A DNA stretch of 64,000 nucleotides from Mobula hypostoma (GCF_963921235.1 NC_086109.1:7442001-7506000); one strand, 5' to 3'; shown: positions 42,915-56,275, counted from the stretch's first letter. A program made the numbers and translations. The notes: generated by a model from the letters alone, not told the origin.

Positions 42915-45120
42915 ATAAGAGGCTGTAGGTGCAAGAAACTCAACTCTTTGCATTGCACAGTAGAAACACGCATAAAATCCTGCAGGAATTCAGCAGGTCA
43001 GGCAGCATCTATGGAGAGGAATGAAGAGTCGATGTTTTGGGTGGAGCGCCGTCATCAGGATTTTGCATTATATTAGTGCAAAATAAAGCAACAATCAGCT
43101 GGTAATTACTCCCCCCTCCCCCATTTCCCTTCTTCCATTCTCCATTCTCTTCTCCTCACCTACCCAGATCCTCCCTCCAGTGCCCCTCCTCCTTCCCTTT
43201 CTCCCATGGTCCACTCTCCTCTCCTAACAGATTCCTTCTTCTCCAGCCCTCTCCCTCTTCCACCCATCACCTCCCGTCTTCCCATTTCATCTCCCCTCTC
43301 GAACTGACATTCCTCCTTACCTAGTTTCACCTATCACCTGTCAGACTGTACTCCCTCCCCTCTCTACACCCGGCAGACTGTACTCCCTCCCCTCTCTACA
43401 CCTGTCAGATTGTACACCCTCCTCTCTCTACACCCGTCAGATAGTACACCCTCCCCTCTCTACACCTGTCAGATTGTACTCCCTCCCCTCTCTACACCCG
43501 TCAGATAGTACACCCTCCTCTCTCCACACCTGTCAGATTGTACACCCTCCCCTCTCTACACCCGTCAGATAGTACACCCTCCCCTCTCTACACCTGTCAG
43601 ATTGTTCACACTCCCCTCTCTACACCTGTCAGATTGTACACCCTCCCCTCTCTACACCCGTCATATTGAACACCCTCCCCTCTCTACACCTGTCAGATTG
43701 TACTCCCTCCCCTCTCTACACCCGTCAGATTGTACACCGTCCCCTCTCTACACCTGTCAGATTGTACACCCTCCTCTCTCCACACCTGTCAGATTGTACT
43801 CCCTCCCCTCTCTACACCTGTCAGATTGTACACCCTCCTCTCTCTACACCCGTCAGATTGTACTCCCTCCCCTCTCTACACCTGTCAGATTGTAACCCTC
43901 CTCTCTCTACACCTGTCAGATTGTACTCCCTCCCCTCTCTACACCTGTCAGATTGTACACCCTCCCCTCTCTACACCTGTCAGATAGTACACCCTCCCCT
44001 CTCTACACGTCAGATTGTTCACCCTCCCCTCTCTACACCTGTCAGATTGTACACCCTCCTCTCTCCACACCTGTCAGATTGTACTCCCTCCCCTCTCTAC
44101 ACCTGTCAGATTGTACACCCTCCTCTCTCTACACCCGTCAGATAGTACTCCCTCCCCTCTCTACACCTGTCAGATTGTACTCCCTCCCCTCTCTACACCT
44201 GTCAGATTGTACACCCTCCTCTCTCTACACCCGTCAGATAGTACACCCTCCCCTCTCTACACCTCAGATTGTACACCCTCCCCTCTCTACACCTGTCAGA
44301 TAGTACACCCTCCCCTCTCTACACGTCAGATTGTTCACCCTCCCCTCTCTACACCTGTCAGATAGTACACCCTCCTCTCTCTACACCCGTCAGATTGTAC
44401 TCCCTCCCCTCTCTACACCTGTCAGATTGTACTCCCTCCCCTCTCTACACCCGTCAGATTGTACACCGTCCCCTCTCTACACCTGTCAGATTGTACACCC
44501 TCCCCTCTCTACACCCGTCAGATTGTACTCCCTCCCCTCTCTACACCTGTCATATTGAACACCCTCCCCTCTCTACACCTGTCAGATTGTACTCCCTCCC
44601 CTCTCTACACCCGTCAGATTGTACACCGTCCCCTCTCTACACCTGTCAGATTGTACACCCTCCCCTCTCTACACCCGTCAGATTGTACTCCCTCCCCTCT
44701 CTACACCCGTCATATTGAACACCCTCTCCTCTCTACACCTGTCAGATTGTACACCCTCCCCTCTCTACACCCGTCAGATTGTACACCCTCCCCTCTCTAC
44801 ACCCGTCAGATTGTACACCCTCTCCTCTCTACACCTGTCAGATTGTAGTCATCCTCTAAACCAGGCAGATTGTACACCCTCCCCTCTCTACATCCGTCAG
44901 GTTGTACACCCTCCCGTCTCCACACCTGTCAAGTTGTACACCCTCCCCTCTCTACACTTGTTAGGTTGTACTCCCTCCCCTCTCTCCAGCTTCTTATTCA
45001 GGCTTCTTCCCTCTTCCTTTCCAGTCCCCTGAAGACTCTCGGCCTGAAATGTCAACTGTTTAATTCCCAGTATCCATGCTACCTGACCTGCTGAGTTCCT
45101 TCAGCATTTTGTGTGTGTGA
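42915..45120 (+). mobile_element. Penelope-derived element with inverted ends, inflated by an internal minisatellite
   Basis: Inverted arm at 42965-43062; polypyrimidine UTR at 43090-43335 resumes at 44985 with a degenerate hammerhead and ctgacctgctgagttccttcagcattttgtgtg. Confidence 0.75.
43339..44985. repeat. 32-bp minisatellite, ~50 units with interspersed variants
   Basis: Unit acc(t/c)gtcagattgtac(a/t)ccctcccctctctac. Confidence 0.97.
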
Positions 45121-45274
45121 ACCATCCAAAATAGTTTTGTTGTCTTTGTTGCTGAGACTAATTTATTTTTAATTAAAATCAAAGTCAAAGTTGAATTTTC
45201 TGTCATATGCACAAGTACATGAATGTGCAGGTGCAATGAAAATATTACATTATCAGTTTGGATCGGTGCACAGA

Positions 45275-46035
45275 TTGATCCACCTGTCACCTCCCAGCTC
45301 CGTACTTCGTGCTTTCCTGTCTCCCCTACTCCCTCCCTTCCTCCTCTCCTGGTCTCACCTGTCACCTGTCGGCCTGTACTCCTTCTCCTCCTTCACCTTC
45401 TCCCTCTGGCTGATTTTCTCCCGTCTTTTCCAGTCCTGACCAAGGGTCTCTGCCCGAGACGTCGGCTGCTTATTCATTTCCACAGATGCTGCCTGATCTG
45501 CTGAGTCCCTCCAGCGACTGATGTGTGTTACTCTGGACTTCTGGCATCTGCAGAACCTCTGGTGTTTAATATTTCACATTAAGAACGAAAGAAAGATTCG
45601 GATTCTGAATTTGGAATCTGGAGCAACACTCAGTCTGCTGGAGGAGGTCAGGGAGCCGAGCAGCTTCTGAGGAGGGAAAGCAGTTGTCAGTGAGGTGGGT
45701 TGAAACCCTGCATCAGGACTGAGAGTGCAAGGAGAGATGGCTGGAGTAAGGGGGAAAGAAGTAGGGAGGGGTGAAGAGAGAGACCTGTTCAGACTCATGA
45801 CAGATGGTAGAATCTTCCCAACACCGAACCACAAACTATTTGCGTACAAGGTTCCTGAAACCCTACATAGCTGGACTCCAGAATCCACTTAATTGAAATG
45901 ATTTACAGAGAACTAATCATAGAACTCTATGGAGGGAAATAGACAGTCAACGTTTCAACCCGGGACCCTTCGTGAGTCCTGCCAAATCATAAACCGTTTA
46001 TTCTCCTCCATAGATGCTGCCTGACCTGCTCAGTT
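45275..46035. mobile_element. Cluster of Penelope-derived pseudo-LTR fragments in both orientations
   Basis: Degenerate hammerhead-like motifs at ~45432-45467 (+), ~45685-45720 (-) and ~45945-45975 (-); agatgctgcctga blocks. Confidence 0.7.
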
Positions 46036-47599
46036 CAAAGTTCGAAATGTCAAAGTAAATGTATTAGCATCTATGTGCTGTATACCATATACAACCCTGA
46101 GATTAATTTCCTTGCAGGCACACACAGGAAAATTCCTCCTCATCTCCATTCAAAAAGGACGCTCCTCTATTCCGAGGCTGTGTCCTCTGGTTTTAGACTC
46201 CCACACCATCGGAAACATCCTCCCCGCATCCGATCTATCAAGGCCTTTCAAGATTCGATAGCTTTCAATGAGATCACCCCTCATTATTCGGAATTCCGGC
46301 GAGAACAGGCCCAGAATCATCAAACGCTGAACGGACCCTTGCTCGCATGGAGAAGCAAGGCTGAACACTGGTGACCTTCTGAGTTCCTCCAGCATTTTGT
46401 GTGCATTGCGCGAGATTTCCAGCACTTGCACGTTCCCTTGTGCCTCACATAAATCTCTCACAGTCACAGTAGACTGGAGCAGATGTCAGATGTTAAACCG
46501 AGACTCTGGCTGGAGTCTACTGACAGCAGCACTGGGTTGAATCATTACAATGTCCCCCACATTCAATATCCTAGAATTCACCAGTAATCAGAAAATGAGT
46601 TTCTCCAGCATTTTGTTTTATCTTGCTCTAGATTCTAACACCTGTGGGCTCCTGTGTCCAAAGAGCGTACAGTCTTGACCCAAAGTTATCAAGGAAACCA
46701 ATTTGGCTGTGAAAGGCTCACAGCAGGACACAAAGGGTTTTGTGTCCGATACAAAACGGTCCCTTTGTATGCAGTAACCCTGTCAACAATCCCAGATGTG
46801 TTTCAACCAGGTTGTTGTGCAGTTACCTTGAAAGTGAGCTTTGATAATTATTTATTTAATAATTATTTATTAATAAAATTTGAGGCCCGCAGGATGGGAG
46901 GAAATTACAGGAATGGGACAACGTCGCAAAGGAAGCTTCGTTTCCTTTCACAAACACTCCTTGGGTGATTCGGACAGCTCAACACATCACTGGGACTTAA
47001 CTACTGGACCTGGAAACAGTCTACAGCCCTCCATGTCTACGGCTCACTCGTAATATCGTTGGAAACCCATCCCATCCCGGATGTTGTTCAATCTCCTGAC
47101 ATCTGGTAGGAGATACAGAAACATCTTAGGCAAGACAGTAAGACTGAAAAACAGCATCTTCCTGAGGGTTGTGGTGCAGCTGAATAATTCTACACCCTGG
47201 CTTGCCAATGGCCTTTGAGTGTTATGGACTAACAATGTCACTTACTGCATGTATGCATGTAAATATGGAGATTTTTTTAAACTGAGCTGTACTGCATGCA
47301 TTGTAAATATCTGTTTTGCATGGACTGGATAGCACCACAGTCTCAGTGTCTTGAGCAATGCCAGTAAAGTTCTATTCAAGAGGTGACACTCATCATTAAG
47401 GACCCTCACCATACAGGATATGCCCTCTTCAAGGTGAAACTTCTTCCCCTCCACTGTAAGATTTCTGAATGGTCCGTGAACCCATGAATGTGACCCTACA
47501 GTTCCTTTTTATTGTGCAACTGATTTTTGTAACGTAGATTAATTTTTTTAGGCCTTACATTGTACTGCTGCCACAAAACGACAAATTTCGCGGCATATG

Positions 47600-48302
47600 G
47601 TCATAGTCATAGTCATACTTTATTGATCCCGGGGGAAATTGGTTTTCGTTACAGTTGCACCATAAATAATTAAATAGTAATGAAACCACAAATAGTTAAA
47701 TAGTGATATGTAAATTATGCTAGGAAATAAGTCCAGGACCAGCCTATTGGCTCAGGGTGTCTGACCCTCCAAGGGAGGAGTTGTAAAGTTTGATGGCCAC
47801 AGGCAGGAATGACTTCCTATGATGCTCTGTGTTGCATCTCAGTGGAATGAGTCTCTGGCTGAATGTACTCCTGTGCCCAACCAGTACATTATGTAGTGGA
47901 TGGGAGACATTGTCCAAGATGGCATGCAACTTTGACAGCATCCTCTTTACAGACACCACCATCAGAGAGTCCAGTTCCATCCCCACAAGATCACTGGCCT
48001 TACGAATGAGTTTGTTGATTCTGTTGGTGTCTGCTACCCTCAGCCTGCTGCCCCAGCACACAACAGCAAACATGATAGCACTGGCCACCACAGACTCATA
48101 GAACATCCTCAGCATCGTCCGGCAGATGTTAAAGGACCTCAGTCTCCTCAGGAAATAGAGACAGCTCTGACTCTTCTTGTAGACAGCCTCAGTGTTCTTT
48201 GACCGGTCCAGTTTATTGTCAATTTGTATCCCCAGGTATTTGTAATCCTCCACCATGTCCACACTGACCCCCTGGATGGAAACAGAAGTCACCGGTACCT
48301 TA
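47600..48302 (-). mobile_element. Rex/Babar-type LINE 3' end with open reading frame
   Basis: VSIQGVSVDMVEDYKYLGIQIDNKL...[13 protein letters not shown]...FYESVVASAIMFAVVCWG...RKSFLPVAIKLYN; (gactat)n tail. Confidence 0.92.
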
Positions 48303-48755
48303 GCTATGTCGGTGTTAATAGGCCTGATTTTGATCTGTTGAGATTTCTTCTGAGACAAGAGAGGGATCAGATGTGTGTGCCTGAACACATTGCCATGGAA
48401 ACGGTACGGAAACAGTTGCACTCCGTTTTTCCAAGGGTGTCAAACACTGGAGGAGTCGCACTTCAGTGTGAGAGGGTTTTCTAGAGCAAATTGTTGTCCT
48501 AATTAGAGTTGTTAAGCTGTTGTGATTTCTGTTTTATCTTGATGGGCTTGTTTTGAATGGCACGGGTTTTCCATGTTCTGTGATTATTTAAAGCAGATTC
48601 CCGATCATTGTTTTGAGAATGATTTGTCTCGCGGTGTCACTCAGTTGAGCAACTGATCTTCTGCTTGAATTGCTGTGTATAAACTCTTGTTTCGGTCTCT
48701 ACAAGGGGAGTCTGTTGTTCCTCTGGGTTCAGTCGTTGCCAGCGCTCACCGTGTG

Positions 48756-49530
48756 TCAAGTCAAGTTAAGTCAAGTCACTTTTATTGTCATTTCAACCAT
48801 AACTGCTGGTACAGAACATAGTAAAAACGAGACAATGTTTTCCAGGACCATGGTGCTACATGAAACAACACAAAAACTACACTGAACTACGTAAGAAAAA
48901 AAACACAAAAACTACACTAGACTACAAACCTACCCAGGACTGCGTAAAGTGCACAAAACAGTGCAGGCATTACAATAAATAATAATAAATAATAAACAAG
49001 ACAGTAGGCACAGTAGAGGGCAGTAGGTTGGTGTCAAGCCGGGCTCTGGGTATTGAGGAGTCTGTTGGCTTGGGGGAAGAAACTGTTACATACTTTGGTC
49101 CTGAGAGCCCGAATATTTCGGTGCCTTTTGCCAGATGGCAGGAGGGAAGAGTTTGTATGAGGGGTGTGTGGGGTCTTTCATAATGCTGTTTGCTTTGTGA
49201 ATGCAGCGTGTGGTGTAAATGTCTGTAACGGCGGGAAGAGAGACCCCGATGATCTTCTCAGCTGACCTCACTATCCACTGCAGGGTCTTGCGATCCGAGA
49301 CGGTGCAATTTCCGAACCAGGCCGTGATGCAGCTGCTCAGGATGCTCTCAATACAACCTCTGTAGAATGTGGTGAGGGTGGGGGGTGGGAAATGGACTTT
49401 TCTCAGCCTTCGCAGGAAGTAGAGACGCTGCTGGGCTTTCTTTGTCATGGAGCTGGTGTTGGGAGACCAGGTGAGATTCTCCACCAGGTGAGATTCTCCG
49501 CCAGGTGAACACCAAGAAATTTAGTGCTCT
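48756..49530 (-). mobile_element. Rex-type LINE 3' end with a 17-bp internal duplication
   Basis: [16 protein letters not shown]...[15 protein letters not shown]...[21 protein letters not shown]; ccaggtgagattctcc(a/g) duplicated at ~49467-49500; (cttga)n tail. Confidence 0.9.
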
Positions 49531-51029
49531 TAATGATCAAACACAGTCTGAGGATGCACTGGGAGCAGCCCACAAGTGTTGCCACTCTTCCAGTGCCCAG
49601 ATAATGTGCCCACCATTTGGTAACTCGAGCCCATATGCCTTTGGGACGTTGAAGGAAGTTGGAGCATTTGAAGTCATGGGGAGAACTAATTTCTCCCACA
49701 CAGTAGCGGGAATCGATCACTGATTTTCTGATCTTCTGATTTAGCACAAAGCTGCAGTTATAGTTCGCCGCAGTGCAGGTGTGGCATTACTCTGGGATGA
49801 TATTGGGTCATACTTCTGTGAGGCATTGGGTCCACACTCTCCGTACTGGCAGGCGTCTCTAATTTCCAGTCCCCACGTCTCTCATTCATCACTTGCCACA
49901 ATATTCTGCAGGAAAATTGTTTTCCCTACTTCAGTTTCGGTCGCTGACTCCACACTGTTCCTCCTGATTCATGGGCCGTTTCTGTGCGGCTCAGATCAGA
50001 TTGCATCGCTGTTATTACTCTGAGCCGTACTTGACACCCAGTCATTACCGTTGTTCAGCCCAGAGGTAGGCCAGGTTGTGCTTCCCCCAAGCTAGAGCAA
50101 TGATTTGAGAGCAGTTTTCAGTGTTACCGCTTTGACAACATCAACCTGCTTTAGTAGTTTGCCAGAGGCTTCACCTGGGGGAATCAGAATGAAAAACAGG
50201 TTTATTACTACTGATTTATATGACAAGGAACTTTGTTGTTGTGCAGCTGCAGAACAGTGCAAAAACATAAAAGTATTATACAAAGGTAAAGAGCGCAAAG
50301 TAATTGAATAGCGAGGTGGTGTTCGTGGATTCGTGGCATGTTCATAAATGAGATGACTGAGGGGGAAAACAAAACTGTTCCTAAAATGTTGAGCGTGTGT
50401 GTTCAGGCTCCTGTACCTCCTCCCTGCTGGTGGTAGTGCGAAGAGGTGGTGATGGATGTTTGAGGCATCACCTCTTAAAGATGCCCTTGATGGTAGGGAG
50501 GGTTGTAGGTGTGAGAGAAATGGTTGGCTCTAAAACCTTCTGTAGCCTCTAGCAATTCTGTACCCTGGAGACTCCATACCAGATAGTGATGCAACCAGTT
50601 AGAATGCTCGCCACAGTACATCTGTGGAAATCTGTAAGTCTTTGGTGTCAACCCGAATCTTCTCAAACTCCCAGTGAGGTAGTGCAGACTTCATACTTTG
50701 TCATAAGACCATGGGCCATTCGGCCCATCGAGTCTGCTCAATTATTCAATTATTCTCCTGCTTTCTCCCTGTATCTCCTGAACCCATTACCAAAGTCCTA
50801 TCAATCTCTGCCTTATAGCAATGTACTGCTGCCACAAAAAGAGCAAACTTAGAACATAGAATAGTACAGCACATTACAGGCCCTTTGATCCACAATGTTG
50901 TGCTGCCCCTCAAACCCTGCCTTCCATATAACCCCCCACCTTAAATCTCCTTTCATTCGTTTGAATTTTCTGAATTTTCTAGGTCAAACTTCACAATAAA
51001 TGTCAGTGATATTAAACTTGACAATGATT

Positions 51030-51690
51030 CATCTGAAGAAGCCGGAATAGGAAGGTGGGTGAGGGGAAGGAGTTCAAGCTGGCAGGTGACAGGTGAGACC
51101 AGGTGAGGGGCAGGCTGGGTGGGTGAGGGGAAGGAGTTCAAGCTGACAGGTGACAGGTGAGACCAGGTGAGGGGCAGGCTGGGTGGGTGAGGGGAAGGAG
51201 TTCAAGCTGACAGGTGACAGGTGAGACCAGGTGAGGGGGAGGCTGGGTGGGTGAGGGGAAGGAGTTCAAGCTGACAGGTGACAGGTGAGACCAGGTGAGG
51301 GGGAGGCTGGGTGGGTGAGGGGAAGGAGTTCAAGCTGACAGGTGACAGGTGAGACCAGGTGAGGGGGAGGCTGGGTGGGTGAGGGGAAGGGGTTCAAGCT
51401 GGCAGGTGACAGATGAGGCCAGGTGAGGGGCAGGCTGGGTGGGTGAGGGGGGCTGAAATGAGAAGCTCGGGGGTGATAGGTGGAAAAGACAAAGGGCTGA
51501 AGAAGAAGGAATCTGATTGGAGAGGAAAGTGGACCACGGGAGAAAGGGAAGGAGGGGGTGATCAGCAGGTGAGAAGAAAAGGGATGAGAGGCTAACCAGA
51601 TCTAGGAATGGAAATAGAGAGAAGGGGAAGAGGGAATAAATTGCCAAAAAGTTAGAGAATATGATATTCATGCCGTCAGGTTGGAAGAAA
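51030..51690 (-). mobile_element. Penelope-like 3' end with an internal 64-bp minisatellite (51054-51450, ~6 units)
   Basis: QPDGMNIIFSNF C-terminus; gaggggaaggagttcaagct recurs at 51061, 51125, 51189 and onward (64-bp period). Confidence 0.9.
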
Positions 51691-52444
51691 GGATTAAATG
51701 GCTGGTTTTCTTTTTTTTTGATCATTCCACATTGAAGTTTGTGAAGGTGAATGATAATGAAACAATTTCACCAGCATTTCTCAATTTGAAAGAAGAGTCC
51801 ACAGTCTGACATGTTAAGTATCTCCCCTCTCCACTTTTCCCATTTCCTGCTTTCTGGGAGTGCAAGGCAATCACAGCCTGGCCAACTGTGTGTGCCTGCA
51901 TGATCTCGGTTTCAAGTTCCTCCAGCATTTTGAGTGTGTTGCTCAGGATTTCCAGCATCGGCAGAATCTCTTGAGTCTGTAATCTTTCTTTCCTTAATGT
52001 CAGCTGGTTGTCTGGTCTTGCTCACATTCTGTGAAGTAATTCTAATAGGCATTTCTGTCAGTTAACTGAGTTACTTTGTTCCTTCCACATCCTCCCCCTC
52101 CTTCTGCCTGGAGTTGCTTCGCTGTGTTTGCGTTCCCGGGAGAAGGCAGTGTCAATGGATCACTGCCGTTTAACACAAGGTCAGGGCTCTGTTGAAAAGA
52201 CAGTGAACCACAAGGACGACTTTCTGTCACTCTACTCGTTTTCTCCTTCTTCTTAACCTCAGCTGCTTTTAGATCACCATCATCCTTTTGAACCTATAAA
52301 ACAGCAAAGTCTGATCCCTGACCTTGACGGAGACCGCAGCTCAGTGACATCTTAACCACAGAATCTTTATCTTTTTCACTGTATCGTGGAGTTGGTGTAT
52401 GCTTTCTGAGCTCAGAGTACTGAGAACCCTGGAATAATAAGGCC

Positions 52445-52709
52445 ATCGATCCTTACGAAAGATTTTGAGGATCAGCTGGAAGTTCAGATGGACTAACACC
52501 AGCGTCCTGGAGGAGGCCAACACGAACAGCATCTCCACCTCGATAAGGCAACACCAACCCCAATGGATGGGCCCTGTCTTTCAGATGCTGAGCTCACGTC
52601 TCCCCAAACTGATGCTTTACTCCCAGTGGAAGGAAGGTCGGCGAGTCTCTGTTGGGCAAATTTGATGCTTCAAAGTTAACATCAAAATCACCTTGAAGAA
52701 ATACAATAT
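52445..52709 (+). mobile_element. Old RTE LINE fragment
   Basis: LRKILRISWKFRWTNTSVLEEANTNSI...WMGPVFQMLSSRLPKLMLYSQ, homologous to the RTE at 25575-27210. Confidence 0.8.
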
Positions 52710-53300
52710 ACTTTATACTTTATTGTCGCCAAACAATTGGTACTAGAACGTACAATCATCACAGCGATATTTGATTCTGCGCTTCACACTCCCTGGATTA
52801 CCAATATTAAATATTAAAAATAGTTAAAATTAGTAAATATTAAGAATTTAAATTATAAATCATAAATAGAAAATAGAAAAATGGGAAGTAAGGTAGTGCA
52901 AAAAAACCGAGAGGCAGGTCCGGATATTTGGAGGGTATGGCCCAGATCCGGGTCAGGATCCGTTCAGCAGTCTTATCACAGTTGGAAGGAAGCTGTTCCC
53001 AAATCTGGCCGTACGAGTCTTCAAGCTCCTGAACCTTCTCCCGGAGGGAAGAGGGACGAAAAGTGTGTTGGCTGGGTGGGTCGTGTCCTTGATTATCCTG
53101 GCAGCACTGCTCCGACAGCGTGCGGTGTAAAGTGAGTCCATGGACGGAAGATTGGTTTGTGCGATGTGCTGCGCCGTGTTCATGATCTTCTGCAGCTTCT
53201 CTCGGCCTTGGACAGGACAACTTCCATACCAGGTTGTGATGCACCCTAGAAGAATGCTTTCTACGGTGTATCCATAAAAATTAGTGAGGGTTTTAGAGGC
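52710..53300 (-). mobile_element. Rex-type LINE 3' end, same family as 11265-11750
   Basis: ASKTLTNFYGYTVESILLGCITTWYG...LPSGRRFRSLKTRTARFGNSFLPTVIRLLNGS*. Confidence 0.92.
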
Positions 53301-53339
53301 AGGCCAAATTTCTTTAGTTTTCTCAATATCATCATCATT

Positions 53340-53720
53340 AAGTGCTATGTTATATGACATAGGCAATCATGTTCTATATCCATTATTGTTCTTGGCAAAT
53401 TTCCACCAAAGCAGTTTGCCATTGTGTTTTTCTGGGCAGTCTCTTTACAAGATAAGTAACCCCAGCCATTATCAATACTCTTCAGAGTTTGTCTGCTTGG
53501 TGTCAGTGGTTGCATAACCAGGACTGGTGATCTGCACCAGCAGCTCGTATGACCATCCACCACCTGCTCCCACGGTTTCATGTGACCCTGATCCGGGGGG
53601 GGGGGGGGAGAGAGGCTAAGCAGGTGCTACACCTTGCCCAAGGGTGACCTGCAGGCTAACGGAGGGAAAGAGCATCTTACACCTCCTTTGGTAGAGACGT
53701 ATCTTCACCCCATCACCATG
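53340..53720 (-). mobile_element. Family A RTE-related repeat
   Basis: Colinear reverse-complement match to 4400-4752. Confidence 0.7.
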
Positions 53721-54064
53721 CATTTAGATCACCGGTTAATAGTCATAGTCATAGTCATACTTTATTGATCCCGGGGGAAATTGGTTAGTTAAGACTAGAG
53801 GACACAGCCTCAGAATAGAGGGGCTTCCTTTTAGAACAGAGATGAGGAGGAATTTCTTTGCCAGAGAGTAGTGAATCTATGGAATTTGTTGCCAAAGGCA
53901 TCTGTGGAGGTCAAGTCGTTGGGCAGAGGTGGATAGACTTAGTGCACACACCTACAGTACCTGGCCCTCTGTACCTCCCTCTGCAACTGGATCCTCGACT
54001 CCTTAATTGGAAGACCACAGTTTGCATGGTCTCCACCTTGCTGACAATTAACACTGGCACACCT

Positions 54065-54103
<39 letters not shown>

Positions 54104-54789
54104 GAGGGCACTAATCTCCATGGTATCCAGGCCATCTTCAAGGAGCGATGGCTCAAGAAGGCAGCGTCCATCACTAAGGACCCCCATCACCAGGTCATGC
54201 CCTGTTCTCATTGCTACCGTCAGGAAGGAGATACAGAAGCCTGAAGACACACACTTAGTGATTCAGGAACAGCTACTTCCCCTCTGAATGGATATTGAAC
54301 CATCACTACTTTTAAAAATTTCTGCTTTTGCACTACTTATTTAATTTAACTATTTAATATACATATATATACTTACTGTATTTTACAGTTTTTTCTCTCT
54401 ATTATCATGTATTACATTGTACTGCTGCCACAAAGTTAACAAATCTCATGACATGTGCCAATGTCATTTAATCTGATTCTGACTGGGGGTGAGAGGGAAA
54501 ATGGATCAACCATAATGAAATGGTGGAGCAGACTCGATGGGCCAGATGGCTTAATTCTGCTCCTGTATCTTATGGTCTTATGGTTTTTAATGTTTATACT
54601 GAGGCCATTCAGTCCATTGAACTCATGCCGGCTCCCAGCAGAGCAATCCCATCAGTACTCCCTCCCTGAGTAATCACACCCCTGAACACCCCAGGATGTG
54701 TAATCCAGGCAATAAACATGAACTAGATTATTCCATTGAAAATCTCACAGGCAACACTTGGTGATGGTTGCATGGCAACCAGCAAAACA

Positions 54790-55060
54790 AAGGGCAACAC
54801 GGTGGCGTAACACTTCACGGTTCAATTCCCGCCACTGTCTGTAAAGAGTTGGTATGTTCTCTCCGTGACCGTGTGGGTTTCCTCCAGGTGCTCTGGTTTC
54901 CTCCCACAGTCCAAAGACGTACGGGTTAGGGTTAGCGAGCTGTGGGCGTGCTATGTTGGCACCGGAAGTGTGGCGACACTTGCGGGCTGCCCCCAGCACA
55001 CCCTCGGACTGTGTCGGCCGTTTATGCAAATGAGATGCATTTCACTGCATGTGTCCATGC
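54790..55060 (+). mobile_element. V-SINE (HE1-like)
   Basis: gggcaacacggtggcgtaac...ggttcaattccc...gttctctccgtgaccgtgtgggtttcctccaggtgctctggtttcctcccacagtccaaagacg; related copies at 49530-49720 (-) and 58770-58970 (-). Confidence 0.85.
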
Positions 55061-55867
55061 TTCAATGTGCATGTGCCTTTTATCAAATTGCCTCTTGTTG
55101 TGACTGTGATCAAAGTCACCGGGAGACACTCAATGTGGTGATACAGAAGCCTTTGTTCCACACAACAAGCAGGCATCACACTGGAGACACACTTGCAAGG
55201 TCTCCTGCCCCAAAATTGCGTCACATTTTATAAGTAAAAGAAGGAAGGTAAGAACAGAGAAATTTCTATTGTTACGATGCATTCATAATGTTGAATTGCA
55301 CATAATTTCTAACACCTAGGTCTTCACACCAACACAGCTAAAATGGGTGTTATTCTGAGCTGCATTCATGCATATGCAGACATATCAGGTCAATGGGGTG
55401 TCTATTGCATTCATGCTTATGCAGATATCTAAGATGAATGGGTGTTTCCTGGTTTGCAATCAACTCCAGACTGCAGCTCCAGGAAGACCATTGTTCTGAG
55501 CTACATTTTAAATTCAATCTACAATCCACATTCAGATCTGAAGACTGGTTCCTGTTGAAATTAATACTTGCTCTATTGCCTAACTGCAGAATACACCCTA
55601 ACACCTCTCATCTTCCTTCACTCTAAAGAAAAAAGCCCTAGCTTGCTCAATCTATCCTCATAAGATGTGCTCTCGAAACCAGGCAGAACCCTGGTAAATC
55701 TCATCTGCACTTTCTCTAAAGTGTCCTTCTTTTAATGAGGTGACCAGAGCTGAAAACAATACTCCAAGTGTGGTCTAGCCAGCGATTTATAGAGGTGCAA
55801 CATAACCTCACTGTTCTTGAACTCAGTCGCCCAACTACTGAAGGCAAACACACCATATATCATCCTA

Positions 55868-56275
55868 AACACGAAAAAGTCTGCAAATCCAAAGCAACAC
55901 ACACCAGCTGCTGGAGGAACTCTGCAGGTCGGGCAGCATCTATAGAGGGGAATAAACTGTCGACGTTTCAGGGTGTGACCCTTCTTCAGGACTGAGAAGG
56001 AAGGAGGAAAATGCCAAAATAAAAAGGTGGGAGGAGGGGAAAGGAGAACAGCTGAATGGTGATAGGTGAAGCCAGGTGGGAGGGAAAGGTCAAGGGCTGG
56101 AGGAGAAAGCATCCGAAAGGAGAGGCAAGTGGACCATGGGAGAAAGGGAAGGTGGACCTAAGGGGAAGAGATAAGTCAGTGAAAAGAGGTAAAAGTTTAT
56201 AGTGGGAAATAGAGGGGGGGGGGGAGAATTTATTTTGCTGGAAGGAGAAATCAATATTCATGACATCAGATTAGA
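55868..56275 (-). mobile_element. Penelope-like 3' end adjoining a CR1 fragment (55605-55860, minus)
   Basis: DVMNIDFS C-terminus, polypyrimidine UTR, hammerhead motif; CR1 VMLHLYKSLARPHLEYCFQLWSPH. Confidence 0.85.
55959..55992 (-). ncRNA. Minimal type I hammerhead ribozyme motif with intact core and a variant stem II
   Basis: Minus strand reads GUC-CUGAAGA-AGGG-UCACA-CCCU-GAAA-CG-UC/GAC. Confidence 0.68.

Noticed and set aside
43602..45094. Many ORFs rich in TPSPLY/LSTPVRL
   Set aside because: Translations of the 32-bp minisatellite.
49985..50031. 12-bp hairpin gtgcggctcaga/tctgagccgtac as a pre-miRNA
   Set aside because: Too short for a Drosha substrate and no recognisable mature sequence.
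52144..52167. miR-34/449-like seed AGGCAGTGT in a small hairpin
   Set aside because: The stem is only 7 bp and the rest of the mature miRNA does not match.
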